DNA of 63,790 nucleotides, the filler included, from Collodictyon triciliatum (Eukaryota), in NCBI GenBank assembly GCA_043381765.1. It is 7 parts of 7 records of this genome, joined end to end, with 100 filler letters (N's around TTAATTAATTAA, not from the genome) between each part and the next. Parts side by side here need not be neighbours in the genome. Positions count along the whole stretch, not along the records: positions 28,752 to 38,229 come from JBHJMP010002992.1; positions 38,330 to 47,806 come from JBHJMP010002993.1; 5 more parts are not named here. One strand, written 5' to 3'. The notes under the pieces are model-generated. The model made no database searches. It was not told where the DNA came from and saw nothing but the letters and a program-made list of their open reading frames with translations. A program made the position numbers and the translations under genes. Below, piece after piece: positions 30,725 to 45,200 of the stretch. Each line of letters begins with the position of its first letter. Positions within the stretch are counted from its first letter, which is position 1.

Positions 30725-31191
30725 ATGCATGACAAATAAAAGCAACAAGATACACAGAACACTTCGGCTGTCAGTTAAGAGCACTGTATTTGTCGTCGCC
30801 AAATCCTCCTCACTGCAACATTATGGCACCGAGCCTTTCGATACGCACCCGAATGACCCTGAATCCTGCTGTTGAATGACGGTTTGTTGAAAGGCTGTGA
30901 ATAGGGAAGCACCGATTGATATTACCTATCATCATTTTGACACCGCAGCAGGGCCTTGGGCACTGCGGTCTAAAATATGGTTCGCGACCATCAGCAGTGG
31001 TGATGAAGTCGATTTACTATCTGCTAAGAGAAATAGGCCTTGTGTCACACAGGTATGGAACCTGTGGAAAGAGAAAATGAGCTGAAGGTTTCAAGATGAC
31101 ACAAAACCAACCCCAAAGGAAAGCCCCACAACAGAAAAACAACAAACGACCCATTTTTCGTGTTGGCTTTATATCATCACTGTCCGCCCGA

Positions 31192-34100
31192 CTAGAATTT
31201 GCGGGAGATGAAGAACATGACTGTCATCCCGAGCACAAACGATGCGGCCACTTGCAGGTAGACAGGAACTGAGTCGGGTTGGGTGTGCGTAGATGAAGCG
31301 CCGAATGGAGCAGGCCCGTTACCCACGCGAGTGAGACCTTTGACAATCGTGCCGAGCTCTTGCGATTCAGGAACTTGGAGTTGGAATGAGCCACTCAAGC
31401 CACCGACAGATACTTGGAAAGTTCCTGCTTCCACTTGGCGAGTCAGGTCGATTCCGATGAAGGACATGTCCTTGGCATCGAGCGTAAAGGTCACCACGGT
31501 TGATTGGCGAGGCTGGGGGGGAATACATATTGCAGTCCATTTGTCGCAGTTATTTTTAGTGATAGAAAAAGGCGTAATCAGATGAAGCAGAATCGAACGG
31601 TTGATGGTAAAGTTAGAGATTATAAAATAAGTGTTGGCGTCGCAATTGGGGGTATATAAAAATAAGTCGGGACTTGATATTAGGATCGACTTACAGAAAG
31701 CTCAACTTTGGTGAATTTACGAAGGCGTTTCACCTCGGGGGTGACAATTCTATACTCATCACTGAGGTAAAGCAAGACAGACTCTTTACCAGAAACCTGT
31801 ACATTTTTTTCTGTCAACTTTCCGAACCCTCACCTTTTTTTTTTAATACAGTTGGAAGAATGGCAGTATTTTATTCGTTCATATATTTGGGCCCGAGTGT
31901 ATGCACTTACACTTCCTGTATTTGTTACAGTCACCGATACTGTCACGGGCTGATTTGGGGATACAACTTCAGGGAGTACTGTCAAGCCAGAATATGTAAA
32001 AGTTGTGTAGGACAGACCGTGTCCGAAGGGCCATTGTGGATAATAAGAATCAACCTCGCTCGGTCTTTGTGATTACGGATGGTGGCTGTTAGGAGATGGA
32101 GGCACTTGACGATGTAACAAAATGTACTGCAGCCTAACATCAAAATTAGAATTTTAATTTTATTGAAAGCGCACCTATGCCAGTATGGCATGGCCACAGC
32201 AGCAGAGTAACCAGGGTAACTGAGGGGAAGTCTGCCGCTCGGGTTTGTGACACCAAATACAATTTCGGCGATGGCCTGACCTCCTTCAAGACCGGGCAAA
32301 TAGGCGTAGATGATTGAGTGAACCAAGTTGGGAAGCTCAGCAAGGTAGCGAGGTCGTCCCTATTTAGGATGTGATTGGAATAGTGATTGACTATGATACT
32401 TGCTTTGATAGACACACGAATTGTATCTTAAGTTTACGAGATGCAGATTTGGCGTCCAACTACCAACTAGAGACTATAGATGTTCACCTGAATTAGAACG
32501 AGAACCACAGGAGTGCCAGTTGCAGCAATTTGACGGACGAGATTCAGCTGGCCAGATTCGAGTGTAAGGTCCCTGCGAATATGAATACGACGGTGGTTAT
32601 TATTCAAGAAAAAGTATAGAAAGTGTCTCATACTTCATCACTTAATCCCTTTTATGCTTCATTAGTTTATTAAATGTTTGTTAAAAGAATTGAAAGGTTT
32701 GCCTAATATCTCCAGGCTTTTCGGCATAAGTAGATTCTCCGACACAAACGATAGCAACGTCGGAATTTCTAAATTGTAAATGTACTATGAAGAGAAGCAA
32801 ATAAAATAACATGATGACGACTTTGGAATAAATATCACATGTGGTATAGATATCGAATAATATTAGCAACGTCGATTGAGCATAAAATAAATGGAAAATA
32901 AAAGGAAAAGGAAAAGGAAGAGTGTGATTTCTTTAATTTATTAAAGAAAAACCTAGCAGCCTGAACAGCAGCAGATAGGCTCGTTGCGTCACATTCTCCT
33001 TTGATGTCACAGCCGGGCTCATAGGTGACTGCGGTCTACATCATTTAGGTCATGAATTTTCTCCCAATTAATTGTTGAAATGTAATCAAAAGAATTAGGT
33101 CATGTAAGGAATGCATGAAAATCAAGATTAAAGATAATGAAATTGTTATATGAGCGCTCAGCAGAAGGGACTTTCATTTTTTTTCTTTTCTCTTCTTTTT
33201 GCCATCAATATACCATGGAACGGTCCACAACAGCATTCAAGCCATTCAACACTGTAGACCCAAAGCTGAATTCCTCCTCATAATACGCTCCCTTTGATTT
33301 TCAAATGATTAAACGAATTATGCGCGACATGCATATAAATGTTGTAAATCAACTTGCAAAATATCACGTTCATATGAGAATGAAAGAAGACGTGACTAAT
33401 GCATTGGCATTGCCATACAATATATATGAGGGACCTGGTGATGGAGCGTCCATCCTCCGTTCTGGTAGCGAAGAGAGTTCGCAGTGGGGCCTGTCAAAAG
33501 GACTCTGCGAATAGGGCGTGTTGGAGATGTGGCTGACAAAGGAAGGAGATTGTCTTTGTTTTGAACCAGGGTGATTGATTCACGGCAAGCTGCACGTTTT
33601 AAGAAGGATCATACTTTGTTAGAATGTTTTCACCTTCCTTTCACAATCTATAAGTATTATTGCACAAGTGAATGAGATAAACTAGCGACAGATATAGGCG
33701 AATTAAATGCTTGTTCAGAAAACAACAGTACTTTCCAAAGCTGCCTTGCGGTCTGCCTCGATATTGCGCTTGACCGGGGCAGATGCAGGTTCTGGGCCCT
33801 TCTTTTCTCCGTCAATGTACTCCGAAAGCAGACCCATGTCATACTTCAGCTGAAGAACACGAGCAACAGACTCGTCCAGCCTATTGGCCGATAAAGAATA
33901 TAAATGTAACAATAAGTGTTCCGTAGTTATGATTTCTTGTTTGAAAATATTATATAATCCGCACATGAGTATCACCTAGACTCTGGAATGACGCCTTCTC
34001 GTACGAGTTGGACGAGGTTATCAAAGAAGCTTGGGTCAAGTGCAGTCATACTCATATCAATTGAAGTGCTTTGAATGGAGAGGCGAACAGCCTCCTTCTT

Positions 34101-36377
34101 CGTCGATGTAACCTTGTGCCAGTCATACAAATTGTAGATTTCGGCCCAATCGGTCACGAGCATTCCCTGAAGTTCGTATATCGGCCGGTATACGGCATAT
34201 TTATATACAGTAGAGGAGTTCAAAATGGAAGACATAAGAGCATTCTAAATACGGCGTTAACGAGAGAAAATAAATAGAATTACCGTGAAATTGAGATGGT
34301 TTCGGAGCAGGTCGTTCAAATATTGGGAGCTTGAAACAACGGGGACACCGTTTAACTCAAGGTCTATATTCAATCATTGGCTAACTCAAGTGTAACAAAC
34401 ACATAACAGATACTTCCATATAATATTCATATTTTTATCCCTTGATGGATGTTAAAAATAGGATTGGTAAAACAGAAATAATGTTACTATATTATTGATC
34501 CAATAATATGGTACGCAATTGCACCTTTTTTTTAAAAAAAACAAACAAACAAACAGACAGAAAGAATATATTTATAAAACAAAAGCAAATAAAGAAAGAA
34601 CAAATATAAGAAACAAACATGCTTCCATAGTCGTGGCAACTTGAGCCTCTTTGATTGCTGCCTCAAATGATGGGACATAATACTCCAGCAAGAATCGGTC
34701 GCTAATCTGTGCAGGTGTTCGGTCACCACCCTTCTGGGCTCCGTAGCCGATAAAGTGCTTTGCGGTTGAGGCGACTTTGGTCGGGTCGTTCAGCCTTGGG
34801 GGATATCCCTTAATTTAATATTGTAAGTTCGTGGGAATAAAGATGGAGTTTATATATTTGTTATGCATAAACCTAACGGGAGTCCCACAATATTTTTTAT
34901 TTTATTTTTAACTATTGAAAGAGTCACTCACTTGGGAGCCTTTGATGTACTCAACGCCCATCACAGAAGTCAAAAGTGGGTCCTCACCAAATGTTTCCCA
35001 CGTGCGAGACCACATGAAGTTAGATGATAAGTCAAGAATTGGACTACATTAAAAAAAGAAAAGAAGTAGATCATACATAATTTGTAGTTCAGTAATCGCA
35101 ACTTAATTGCTAATAGTGTCATGTGATTCATCCAAAAATAACCACTACGTAGTTCCAATCGAAAGGGAATACTCTTTCAATAAAATAGGATGGAGATAGA
35201 AAAAAACAGAAGCAGAAGCATAATAGACCGTGTATGGACATAGATGAGGTATTATAGAATGGGTTAATTGTGGGATATATGTAAATAAAATTCGACAATA
35301 ATGCAAAGAAACTGCAGAAACCTGAAGTTCCATGGGACACCAGCAGCACGAGTATCACGGGCAGTGATTTCACCCATGATGCGGGCATGTGTAAGGTTAA
35401 AGGTTGATGCCAGACCAATTTGTTGGGGGAATAAGGCAGTGTCTGCCAGGTAGGAGGCTCCGTGGACACAATCAAGGCCAAAGAGAACAGGCAGTACCTA
35501 GCAAGGATACACAAATAAGCTAAGGTGTCTAAATCGATAAGGCACAGGGCAATATGGGAGATTTAGATGGGATATGCCATTCTCTTTTCTATGTACAGGA
35601 AATAGATACCCCTTCTTCACGGAAGATACGCTGGACTGTGTCAACAATCGCACGATATTCATCGATGGAGAGAACAGCCAAAGGACGCGCCGCAGATGGT
35701 GTATTGAGGATACTTCCTGTATTATTGAGTTGTTCTATAATTATCTATTCTGTATTCCAATGCGCTGACCGAGGCTCCAATAGTAACCCATCATTATCTT
35801 ATTTCTGATCCGTGAAATATAGCCTTTTCCATGTGGATAAATACGTAGACGTCAAACAGACGACCTCATAATACAATCCATGTATAAAAACATATCTCAA
35901 GAGCCTTTCTCTCGTTGGTCATTCGGGTGTCCGAATTTAAAGGCAAGCAATATTATCATTTTATGTTGTATATTAGAGAGAATTGAAAGGGAGATAGAAA
36001 GCAACAAATATGTTCAAACCAATCTTCAGATTGCGCGCAAAGTAGCGTGTGCGAGTCACATCCAGCTCGCGGGGATTTGCGACCTTGACGAAAAGGTCAA
36101 TATCCAGCTGAGTCATCTGGCCTACCTGCAAAAAAACCGACAAAGAACGGTGTGAGATAAAGCGAAACAATCGGTTCTTAGCGGACACAACAGAGCAAAT
36201 AATAATAATAATAACAATAATAAAAAGAAAAAGAAAACACGCAGAGTTGCTTACTTTCTCTTCCAGTGACATCCTGCTGAGCAGTGCTGTGACCTGCGGG
36301 TGCAAGGGCCGGGCGAAAACCAACCCAACAGCAAACAGCAGACAAACCACGGCCGTAAGAAGGCGAGCAGTGTGCAT
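31192..36377 (-). CDS. GH3 beta-glucosidase with signal peptide and C-terminal TM segment, multi-exon
   Basis: 'MSLEEKVGQMTQ', 'GLDCVHG', 'ETFGEDP', 'AKHFIGYG', nucleophile 'LVTDW', 'VGESTYAEKPGD', 'NPSGRLP', Fn3-like 'VEAGTFQVSVG'. Confidence 0.95.
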
Positions 36378-36832
36378 TCTTAACCTGTGCAATAAAACCC
36401 CATTGAATTCCATCAAGTGTTATTTTGCTTGCTTGCGCTTGGGCGTGGCCGTGAGTTTCGAACCGTTCTTCTGCTCTGGCAAACCTCACGCAGGCTTCCG
36501 CTCCCCAATGATTCTGTGCATGACTGCGCGCGTATGCTACGTCCCAACGCTGATTCTTACTCTCCTCGGTTTTATGCGCGCCTTTTCATTGTGGTTTTTC
36601 GGGCTTCAGATTGTTGTTTTTTGACGGAGAAGAGAATTCATAGAATATTAACAAAAGCGGAAGAGATGCTGATTAATGAGGATATATCCGGTTGACAAGG
36701 CTGCAAAGAATGGTTGCGGCTCTGAAGGAACCCGGTTTTGGGCACACCCAAGATATGGCCTTTTTTTTCTTTTTCTTCTTTCGTGTCCTTTCCCAATTCT
36801 TAACTTTATTCGTTTCCGTGGAGCGATAGAGA

Positions 36833-37543
36833 TCATTCGTGCCGCTCCGGATTAAAGTCCTTCATTAGAACAGGATCTGTCTTAATCATCCCCCACAGCC
36901 GCGCCTTCTGCATATCGATGTATGACAAAGACCATTTTTTCCAGCCCCCAGATTTTCTTCTATCCAAAAACTCGGCAACCTCTGCATCTGTGGGCACGCC
37001 ATCTATGAGCATATGGAAGCTAACCACAGATAAAGAATGAATGTGAGGCTCGTCCACCAACAGAACATAGGAGGTTCTTAGCATCTTTGTCTCATCGGAA
37101 CTCTTTTCTGGGGCTGCTTCACGGTTGGGCAAATTCTCGGGGTGGATAGGAACTGCGTATTCATAGCAGCATCCCTGAACAGAGACCACCTCCCGCAGCA
37201 AGATGAAAGAAGACTGTGGCCGACGAATTCGCACCAGGCAACCAGCCAATAAAACATTTATCCTCTCCAAAGTTCCTTTGGCATCCTCCTTATTCCGTAT
37301 GAGCCATTGCAACAGAAAGTGGCGTGATAGGCAAAGGCAAGAGAGGGCACCACGCATCCCAGCAACTTCTTCTCTCCATTCATCCTCCACCCCTGATGAT
37401 TCTTTGAACCGTTTAGAGACAGCCTTGCACCCTTCAACGTCCTCTTCTTGCACAAAAGGCCTGGGCTTGGTTCGACCTTGAGGGTGTGATGGTTGCTGGC
37501 GGTCGATCTCGGCGATGGGCGGGTTGACCTTGGCTCCTTCCAT
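36833..37543 (-). CDS. Plus3-domain-like protein (intronless, 236 aa)
   Basis: 'LCLSRHFLLQW...GCLVRIR...LREVVSV...LSVVS...PTDAEVAEF' follows the Rtf1-type Plus3 pattern. Confidence 0.6.
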   Translation of the reverse strand: MEGAKVNPPIAEIDRQQPSHPQGRTKPRPFVQEEDVEGCKAVSKRFKESSGVEDEWREEVAGMRGALSCLCLSRHFLLQWLIRNKEDAKGTLERINVLLAGCLVRIRRPQSSFILLREVVSVQGCCYEYAVPIHPENLPNREAAPEKSSDETKMLRTSYVLLVDEPHIHSLSVVSFHMLIDGVPTDAEVAEFLDRRKSGGWKKWSLSYIDMQKARLWGMIKTDPVLMKDFNPERHE

Positions 37544-39295
37544 GGGTTGGATGTAGTTTTGGCTAGGTACAATGCGCAGTGCCCTTGCAAAATAATAGTT
37601 GTTAACATTGTGACGGAGGCAGAAGCATTAATCGGCTCGTTAATATCATATACAACAATGTTCTTTCGTGATTGTTTGAGATAAGAAAAGTGAATGCGCA
37701 GTAGCAACCTCTGCAAACCGAGGTTTTGTGCACGGGTTTTCGAATTATTTTTTTTTTCGTTCGCAACTAGACTTCCGCATTTGTTTTGCGCGAAGGACAT
37801 TGGCGTGCAAACACGCTTTTTGTTACACTCATTGGTGGATGTGTGATCTACTGATGGAAATAGTATATCATCTTCATAAGCATATTATGCGACCAAATTA
37901 AGACACCCAGCTATTTCAAATGGTTTAAAATTCGATAATTGTGAGGGTCAGTATGCGATTCTATGTAAATTCCAGAATTGATGACAGTCAACAGCCCATT
38001 CGTGGAAAAAACACGTATCCGATCTTTGTGTCTGCTGTGTCCGGCTTATCCCAGACCGCACCTTTGGAGTGCCTGATTGTCTGGTTGTGTGCCGAGCAAA
38101 AGAAACACTCGTAGTATTACCCGCCCACCGACCTCAACAATACTTTAAAAAACGAAACAAAACAAAAAACAAAAAACAAAAAACAAAAAACAAAAAACAA
38201 AAAACAAAAAACAAAAAACAAAAAACAAANNNNNNNNNNNNNNNNNNNNNNNNNNNNNNNNNNNNNNNNNNNNTTAATTAATTAANNNNNNNNNNNNNNN
38301 NNNNNNNNNNNNNNNNNNNNNNNNNNNNNAAAAAAAAAAAAACAATAAAAAACAAAAAAAAACAATAAAAAACAATAAAAAACAATAAAAAACAATAAAA
38401 AACAATAAAAAACAATAAAAAACAATAAAAACAATAAAAACAATAAAAACAATAAAAAAACAATTAAAAACAATTAAAAACAATAAAAACAATAAAAACA
38501 ATAAAAACAATAAAAACAATAAAAACAATAAAAACAATAAAAAAACAATAAAAAAAACAATAAAAAAACAAAAAAAAAACAAAAAAAAAAACAATAAAAA
38601 AACAATAAAAAAACAATAAAAAAACAATAAAAAAACAATAAAAAACAATAAAAAAACAATAAAAAAACAAAATAAAAAAACAAAATAAAAAAACAAAATA
38701 AAAAAATAAAATAAAAAACAATATAAAAAAAAAACAAGGACAATATGCGAGGTTCGAACTTTCTGACAAAAAGAGGAGCCGACGCGCATAGTGTCAGGTT
38801 CTCATAGCTCACTTCGTTAGGAAAAAAAAAAGGGAAAAAAGGGAAGGCAGATCGAATCGCCAGCTCTCCATATTCTCGCGATCAAGGCTTCTTCGCGGTT
38901 ATTCTTCAAAAAAAAAAAAATAATAAAAATAAAAAGAAGAGAAAAGAAAAGAAAAGAAAAGCTGAAGCTTGTATGCCTGCAATTCAGCACTCAAAGAAGC
39001 TTTCCACTACACGGAAATAAGGAATGAATAATATGGTTAACATGTGGATAATTTCGCTAATTAATATCAGTCAACATCGCGACAAGAAGACACCGAGCGC
39101 ATTTGGCATGTGGTGAAGTTGGCCATCGACGTTCAGTATCAGCCTATTTGTTTTTATTTGCCCCTGCATCATAACAAGAGCGAAATTAGGGATACGCGTA
39201 GACATAATCAATTCATCGCACACAACATATCCCGACGTCCAACAGAAAGGTGCGAATGTCTCCTCCAGGGCCGCTGTCAAAGCACTCCCTTCATT

Positions 39296-42200
39296 TTATT
39301 GAAAGAAAGAACCCCATTGGAAGGCCAGCTCTGCATCGGCCTCAACACCCCAGCCATTTCGGTAGCACTCAGCGACGATTGGAGCGATGAAAGGAAACAT
39401 GCGGTCCCCATCCATTTTCGCATCTGCGTATTCGAGTATGACAGCGAAGGCCTCTTTGTGCCCGGCTTGCGCGAGAGCTTTCAGTTTCTCAAAGTCTCCA
39501 TCCTCTCCGTAGTGCTTCGATGCGGCAGGCACATCTTTTGCAGTTCCCCATCCATACTCATAGCATGCAGCAACAAATGGAACTGCTTTTGCGTACACGC
39601 GTTCCTCGCATTCCAGTATTTCCGAAAGACTCTTCAAACATTGAAAGGCTTCTATATGACCTTTTTGAGCCATCGCCACCAAGCCAGCATAATCTGGGAC
39701 CCTGGCCAGATATTCAGATGCAACTTTAATGTTTCTCTCAACACCCCATCCATGCTCATAGCACTCAGCAAGAGCGGCTACGGCATTTGGGTTAGCATAT
39801 TCCCCATCTACTTTGCTCTCTGACAATTGTCGAAGTATAACTAGTGCTCTGTCATCTCCAGCTTTGACATAGTTTTGTAAAGCGCCAAAATTTTGGGATA
39901 TTTCGAAGGACTTCAGTTTCCATAGTAGAGCCTTCTCTTCATCTTTCTGTACACCCCACATACCTTCGTATAATCTTGCCACAGCATCAGCCTGAAATGC
40001 TGTTGGATTTCCACTTTCACAGAATTCTATGAAATCATGGTCGAATGAAGTGGCTCCAAGAGCAAGAAGTGCCCATTTGTTATGGCTGTTCAAATGCAAA
40101 ACTTGCCCTATTTGCATATTCCCTCCTATTAAGTCATGAGAAAATTCTTTGTGCAGAACAGTCGGTTGTGGTTGGTAAGACAATTTGCCTTCGTATGTTT
40201 CATCTATAAAGGCAAGCTTAAGATCTTCTTTCACGTCGGCACCTTGAAGAAATAATCTTCCATCGATGGTTTGAGATACACAGAATTTATGCCCGATGAG
40301 GAATTCGTATGATGTAATGTCCCATATATATGCATTGCAATCATCACCACTAGAGACTATCCAAGGAATTCCATGAGGACTTTCAATAAAAAGAAGCTTA
40401 TAGACTGAATTCAAATGAACTTTCTTTATTTCGGCAACAGGGAATTTCGTATCCGAGTCCCATAGCACAATTCTATTATCAACTCCTCCGGTAACTATCC
40501 ATCGTTCCCCACTTGGACCTTTCATGAAGCATACAGAAGTGAGTGAGGCACTGTGACCTTCAAGTTTCTGAAGCAAGCACATGTTTGCAAAGTCCCATAT
40601 GCATATTGTCCTATCAAAACTTGACGATGCAATTAAAGCTTCTCCTTTTAGACCCTGGATTTCACAGATATTTGAGATGGACTCATCGTGCCCCTCCAGT
40701 ACTCCTACTTCAGTCATTTTAATCAGGTCCCAAACAAAAATTTTAGCTTCGTCTCCGGCAGAAAATAAAAAATTACTCTCACTAAAACTTTGAATTTGAA
40801 CCATACACTTGACTCTAGCTTTATGCCCTCTCAAAACATTTACCACGACTCCTGATATCAAATCCCAGATACGAATAGTACAATCCCAACTCCCAGAACA
40901 AATCCACATTTTTCCATTAAGGCCTTTCAGGACGGAAATACAAGTAACGGCGTTAGTGTGTCCAATGAAGGTTTTAATTTGCAATCCAGAGAATAAATCC
41001 CATATTTGGACGGATTTGTCATGACTACCAGAGGCCAGCCAATATTCCCCCTCTGGACCTGCAGCGAAGCACAAAGCGGACACACGCCTGTTGTGACCAA
41101 GTAAGGTCATGCGTTTTTTTCCGGAAAAAATGTCCCAAACGCACACTGCACCATCGGCGCTTCCAGTGGCCAGCCAGAATTCTCCATTTGGGCCTCGAAT
41201 ATGACAAAGACTGACTACGTCGTCATGTCCTCTAAATTTATGAAAAGGAATCCCAAAATTCACTTTATGCATATTTGATGCATTGAAATTGCTATCACCT
41301 AGACAAGAATGGGAAAAATTGACAGAAGCAAGGTTTGCACCAGTAAAATTTGCTCCGTGAATGATTGAGTGACTCAAATCAGCACCAGGTATCTTGACTG
41401 ACGTAAAGTTGATATACTCAAATGAAACCTTCATAAAATTAAGAAAACTGATAGAAATGCCGGATGCTAAGCTCTTACTTTCATCATTTCTAGACAAGTG
41501 AATAAGTTTGAATAAAAATTGGATAATTAATCTTCGATTCAAGTTCTCAATTTTCGGTAAATTTTCTACTTGTTCAGATAAAAAATTGTAAATCTCGGTA
41601 AAAAAGATTAGGTCTTTGTCTTGCCCAGAGGCATGATAGCTTTCTGAAAGATATTTGCAAGACTTTAAGGATTTAAGGTGGTACCAACCAAGATTTTTAG
41701 CATAGTAATTCTTCATACTTATCCAAAATTCTATAGCTTCATTGAATTTCTTCGATTCAGAAAATATATTACCCACTCGAACGCATAGAGCCCAAATGCT
41801 GAAATGATTGGCATGATGCTTTTCTTGTAAAATTGAAATACATGCACGATATAGATATATCTGAATTTCGATTTTGTTGACGGCTCTCATGTAGTCAATT
41901 ACTCTAATTGTTTGGACTATGTCTTTTAGTGCCATTTTTGAATTAGTTTGTTTCCTTATTTTGATGGCATCTTCAAAGCTCTCTATGGAATCTTCGTATC
42001 TGAGCATAATTGTAAGATAATAATTTTTTTTAAAAGAAAAGGAATACGATTTTAAGAAATTCGGAACGATATGAATAACTATGATTTCGACCTATGAAGC
42101 TCGAAGTTAACCCGGCCGATATCTTCTAGAGAGCTGGCATACTTGATATCATCACATCCATAGCAGACTTTAATGATTTCTTGTGCTTTTCTGTACCATG

Positions 42201-45200
42201 ACAGAGATTCCTGATACCTTTAGGTATATTTAATTATTTTATTTTAAAAAAAATACAGTACAATGACCTGAAATTTTGATTCACCCTTTTAATTTTTCCA
42301 AAACGTATCCTGTTTTTGTATACACAGATACAACGTCTGGATGGATTTCACCCAGTGTTGATAAGTATCCTGCTAAACTCTCCTTAAGATGAAGTAGTGC
42401 GCCTTGCCAACTGTTTTAAAGAATATAAATAAATGTTTAAATTCAAATATGTGTTTGTTAGTACTTTTCTTCGAAGATGTAAACATCTGCCATTTCCTCC
42501 GATACTTTTGATACATTAAAGTGAGTCTTTCCGAAGGTTTTCTCGAATATCATTTTTGCTTCTTCATATAGATTCAGGGCATCTTCGATTCTAATAGGGT
42601 TTGATATTAAATGTAAGTACTACACATTGATAAAAATATAAGCGACATTACTTTTCCTCCATAAACTCAACCCTTCCAAGATTTCTAAGGGAGAAGGCAA
42701 TGGAAGGGTGTTCATGACCCAAGTTCATCTTTCGGAATTTCATCGCAAGGTTAAAAGATTCCAAAGATTTACTAAACCTGCAGTATTGATAAGTAAAAAT
42801 AAGTGTAATAAAATTAGAAGCTTTTATAAATAAGTAATAATCAAATAACCTTCTTTGGAGCAGGTATACTTGTCCAATATTATCAAGAGACTGAGCATAA
42901 AGGGCGGCGTGCCCCTTCAAATTTTCAGTTTGTATTTTGAGAGATAACTGGTATTCTGAAATTGCTTCCTCCAATCTAAATCATTAAGATATAATTGTTG
43001 ATTAATAAATTGTACTACAAAAATTATGATTCATTCTGATTTATACCTGCCAGAGTGCATGCATATGGAACCTAGCTCGTCATGTAATGTTGATTCTAGA
43101 TTGTGATCTTTGTTTGGACTTGTCTTCAAGATAAGAAGGCATTTTTGAAGGCATGATTCCGATTCAGCCCATCTTAATTTAAATGGTAAAGTCACTTATA
43201 ATCTTTGGATCGATAATTTCAAAGTCTCTTAATAAATTATTTTTTACTTGTGCATATTTTTGTACAATATCCCTAGGTTTTGATATTCGTACACGCAGTT
43301 TTCTGCAAAAATTGTAAATAAGATCTTAAGTAGCTTTAATCTCTGCTAAAATTTCTTATCGATGTACGTACCATGATTTTGTTGTCTCGAGAGGCGTTGC
43401 AAAACAATTGGATGTAGGTATGTGTTTTCATAAAGTTCCAAAAAGAAATTTACAAGTAGTTGACCGACACTTCTAGTTGACTAAATTGATTGATTTTTAC
43501 TAGAGAATCGTGGGTAGATGTGAAAAATAATTATTAATTACTTGTATTAAAGTGCGGTAAATATCCTTGTGATGTGCCACTCTATTAGACGATATTACTT
43601 TCCAGTAGTAAAAGAATTCATATCGATAGAGACCCCCAAGCATTTTGGAAACAACCTATGATGATAAAATTACAAAAATTGGGTTGAAGAGGGGAGTGGT
43701 CAGAAGCATTGGATATTTGTAAAGTAATTTACATGCTCTTTGGATAAGTAATCCACGAGTAATTCAAAAAGCCCTCCTTGAAAAAGCTGATGACATATTT
43801 CAGCAACAAGCTCCTCTTTTACAGATTCGTCAACTGCAAAATTGCTATATAACCATAGGCCAATGCTTTTCTGTGCTTCGAGCCTTTTATCAGGAATTTC
43901 AAAGAAATACTTTTCCGCTGATTCTCGAATCAGTTGGTGACAGAAATTGTATCTATCAATTAGAAAATATTACGGAAACACGCCGATAAAAGTTAACGGT
44001 AATTTATTTAATTATAACCTCCAGTTGCTGATGAACAGAAACCCACTAATCATATAAAAAAAGGACTTCCTATTAAAATCAATGGAAGAAATAAGAAATA
44101 GAATTAATTAATATTTAATGGTCTTGATGTATTTCTATTGAGAAAAAGTCGATAAGTCGACATAATATTTCCAAAGTTTTCCTTTTCAATAAAAATATTG
44201 TGTTACCAGTCTTGATAATAGAAGCCTTTTCCAACAGCCCATTCGACGTAACAGTCCAATTCATGTTCAGAAAAACCGATCCGGCAGACACAAAGTGCTT
44301 TCATCGATATATCAACCATGCGAGATTCTATGTATTGGGTTTGATTGCACGTCTGCTTATTTATTTATAATGGCACTTAAATTGAATAGACATACCATCT
44401 CGATTGAATTTTTCTTGCCAACGACCTATAATGATTGCAAAAAGGCTCGGTACTCCCTCCATCGATAAAAGTTGATGGAGAGTATATTCTAGCCTCTCAT
44501 AAACACCATATACTCGAATCTCTTCCAGCAGAATGCGTAAATAAAGCGGATGTCCTAAATTGGAGCATGGTTGCTATACTTTGCATTCGAAATAATTTCG
44601 GGGAAAAAATAAATACCTGTGGGTATTTTGGGGCTTGAAATCATTCTTTGCTGAGATTCATTGAGGGATTTGTCATAATACTTCAAAAATGTGACACATG
44701 CATCAACTATTTCATTTTCTTTTAATCCTGAAACTGAAATGACCTCCATATTCGCCTCTATAGCGACCTTTTTTTTTCACAAAAGAATAAGTTCAAAAGA
44801 AAAATAGAATCATGTACAATTTTTCGTTAACGTATTAGTTATTACTCTGCTTGTATGGTGAGTGTCTACAGTGGATAGAACTAATGACACATTATTGGGG
44901 ATTGTTTTCGGTATCCAAGTCAACAAATTAGGGTTAAAATTGACTTTTGAGGGACAAATTTGGTTGATCGCATCGATGAAGAAGATGTGCTGCGCTTTTC
45001 TATACATAAATAATATGGAATTTACAGTATGTTAATTTTAAATTAAATGATTATGAATTATGAATTTATACATCATGCATTTCTTCTCTCTAAGCATAAC
45101 TTAGTAAAAGGAAGAGTAAAATAATGTGCCATACATTTTTTGTCTTTCTATGAAATGGAATAATCCGTGCAGTCCTTCCTCTTCAAAGCCTTTATTAAAT

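Noticed and set aside
38274-38812. Phe/Leu-rich ORFs here and at ~9350, ~18831, ~28696, ~51601, ~55876, ~60014
   Set aside because: Translations of microsatellite and homopolymer tracts.
39110-39823. 237-aa plus-strand ORF
   Set aside because: Antisense shadow of the SEL1-coding exon; no protein-like features.
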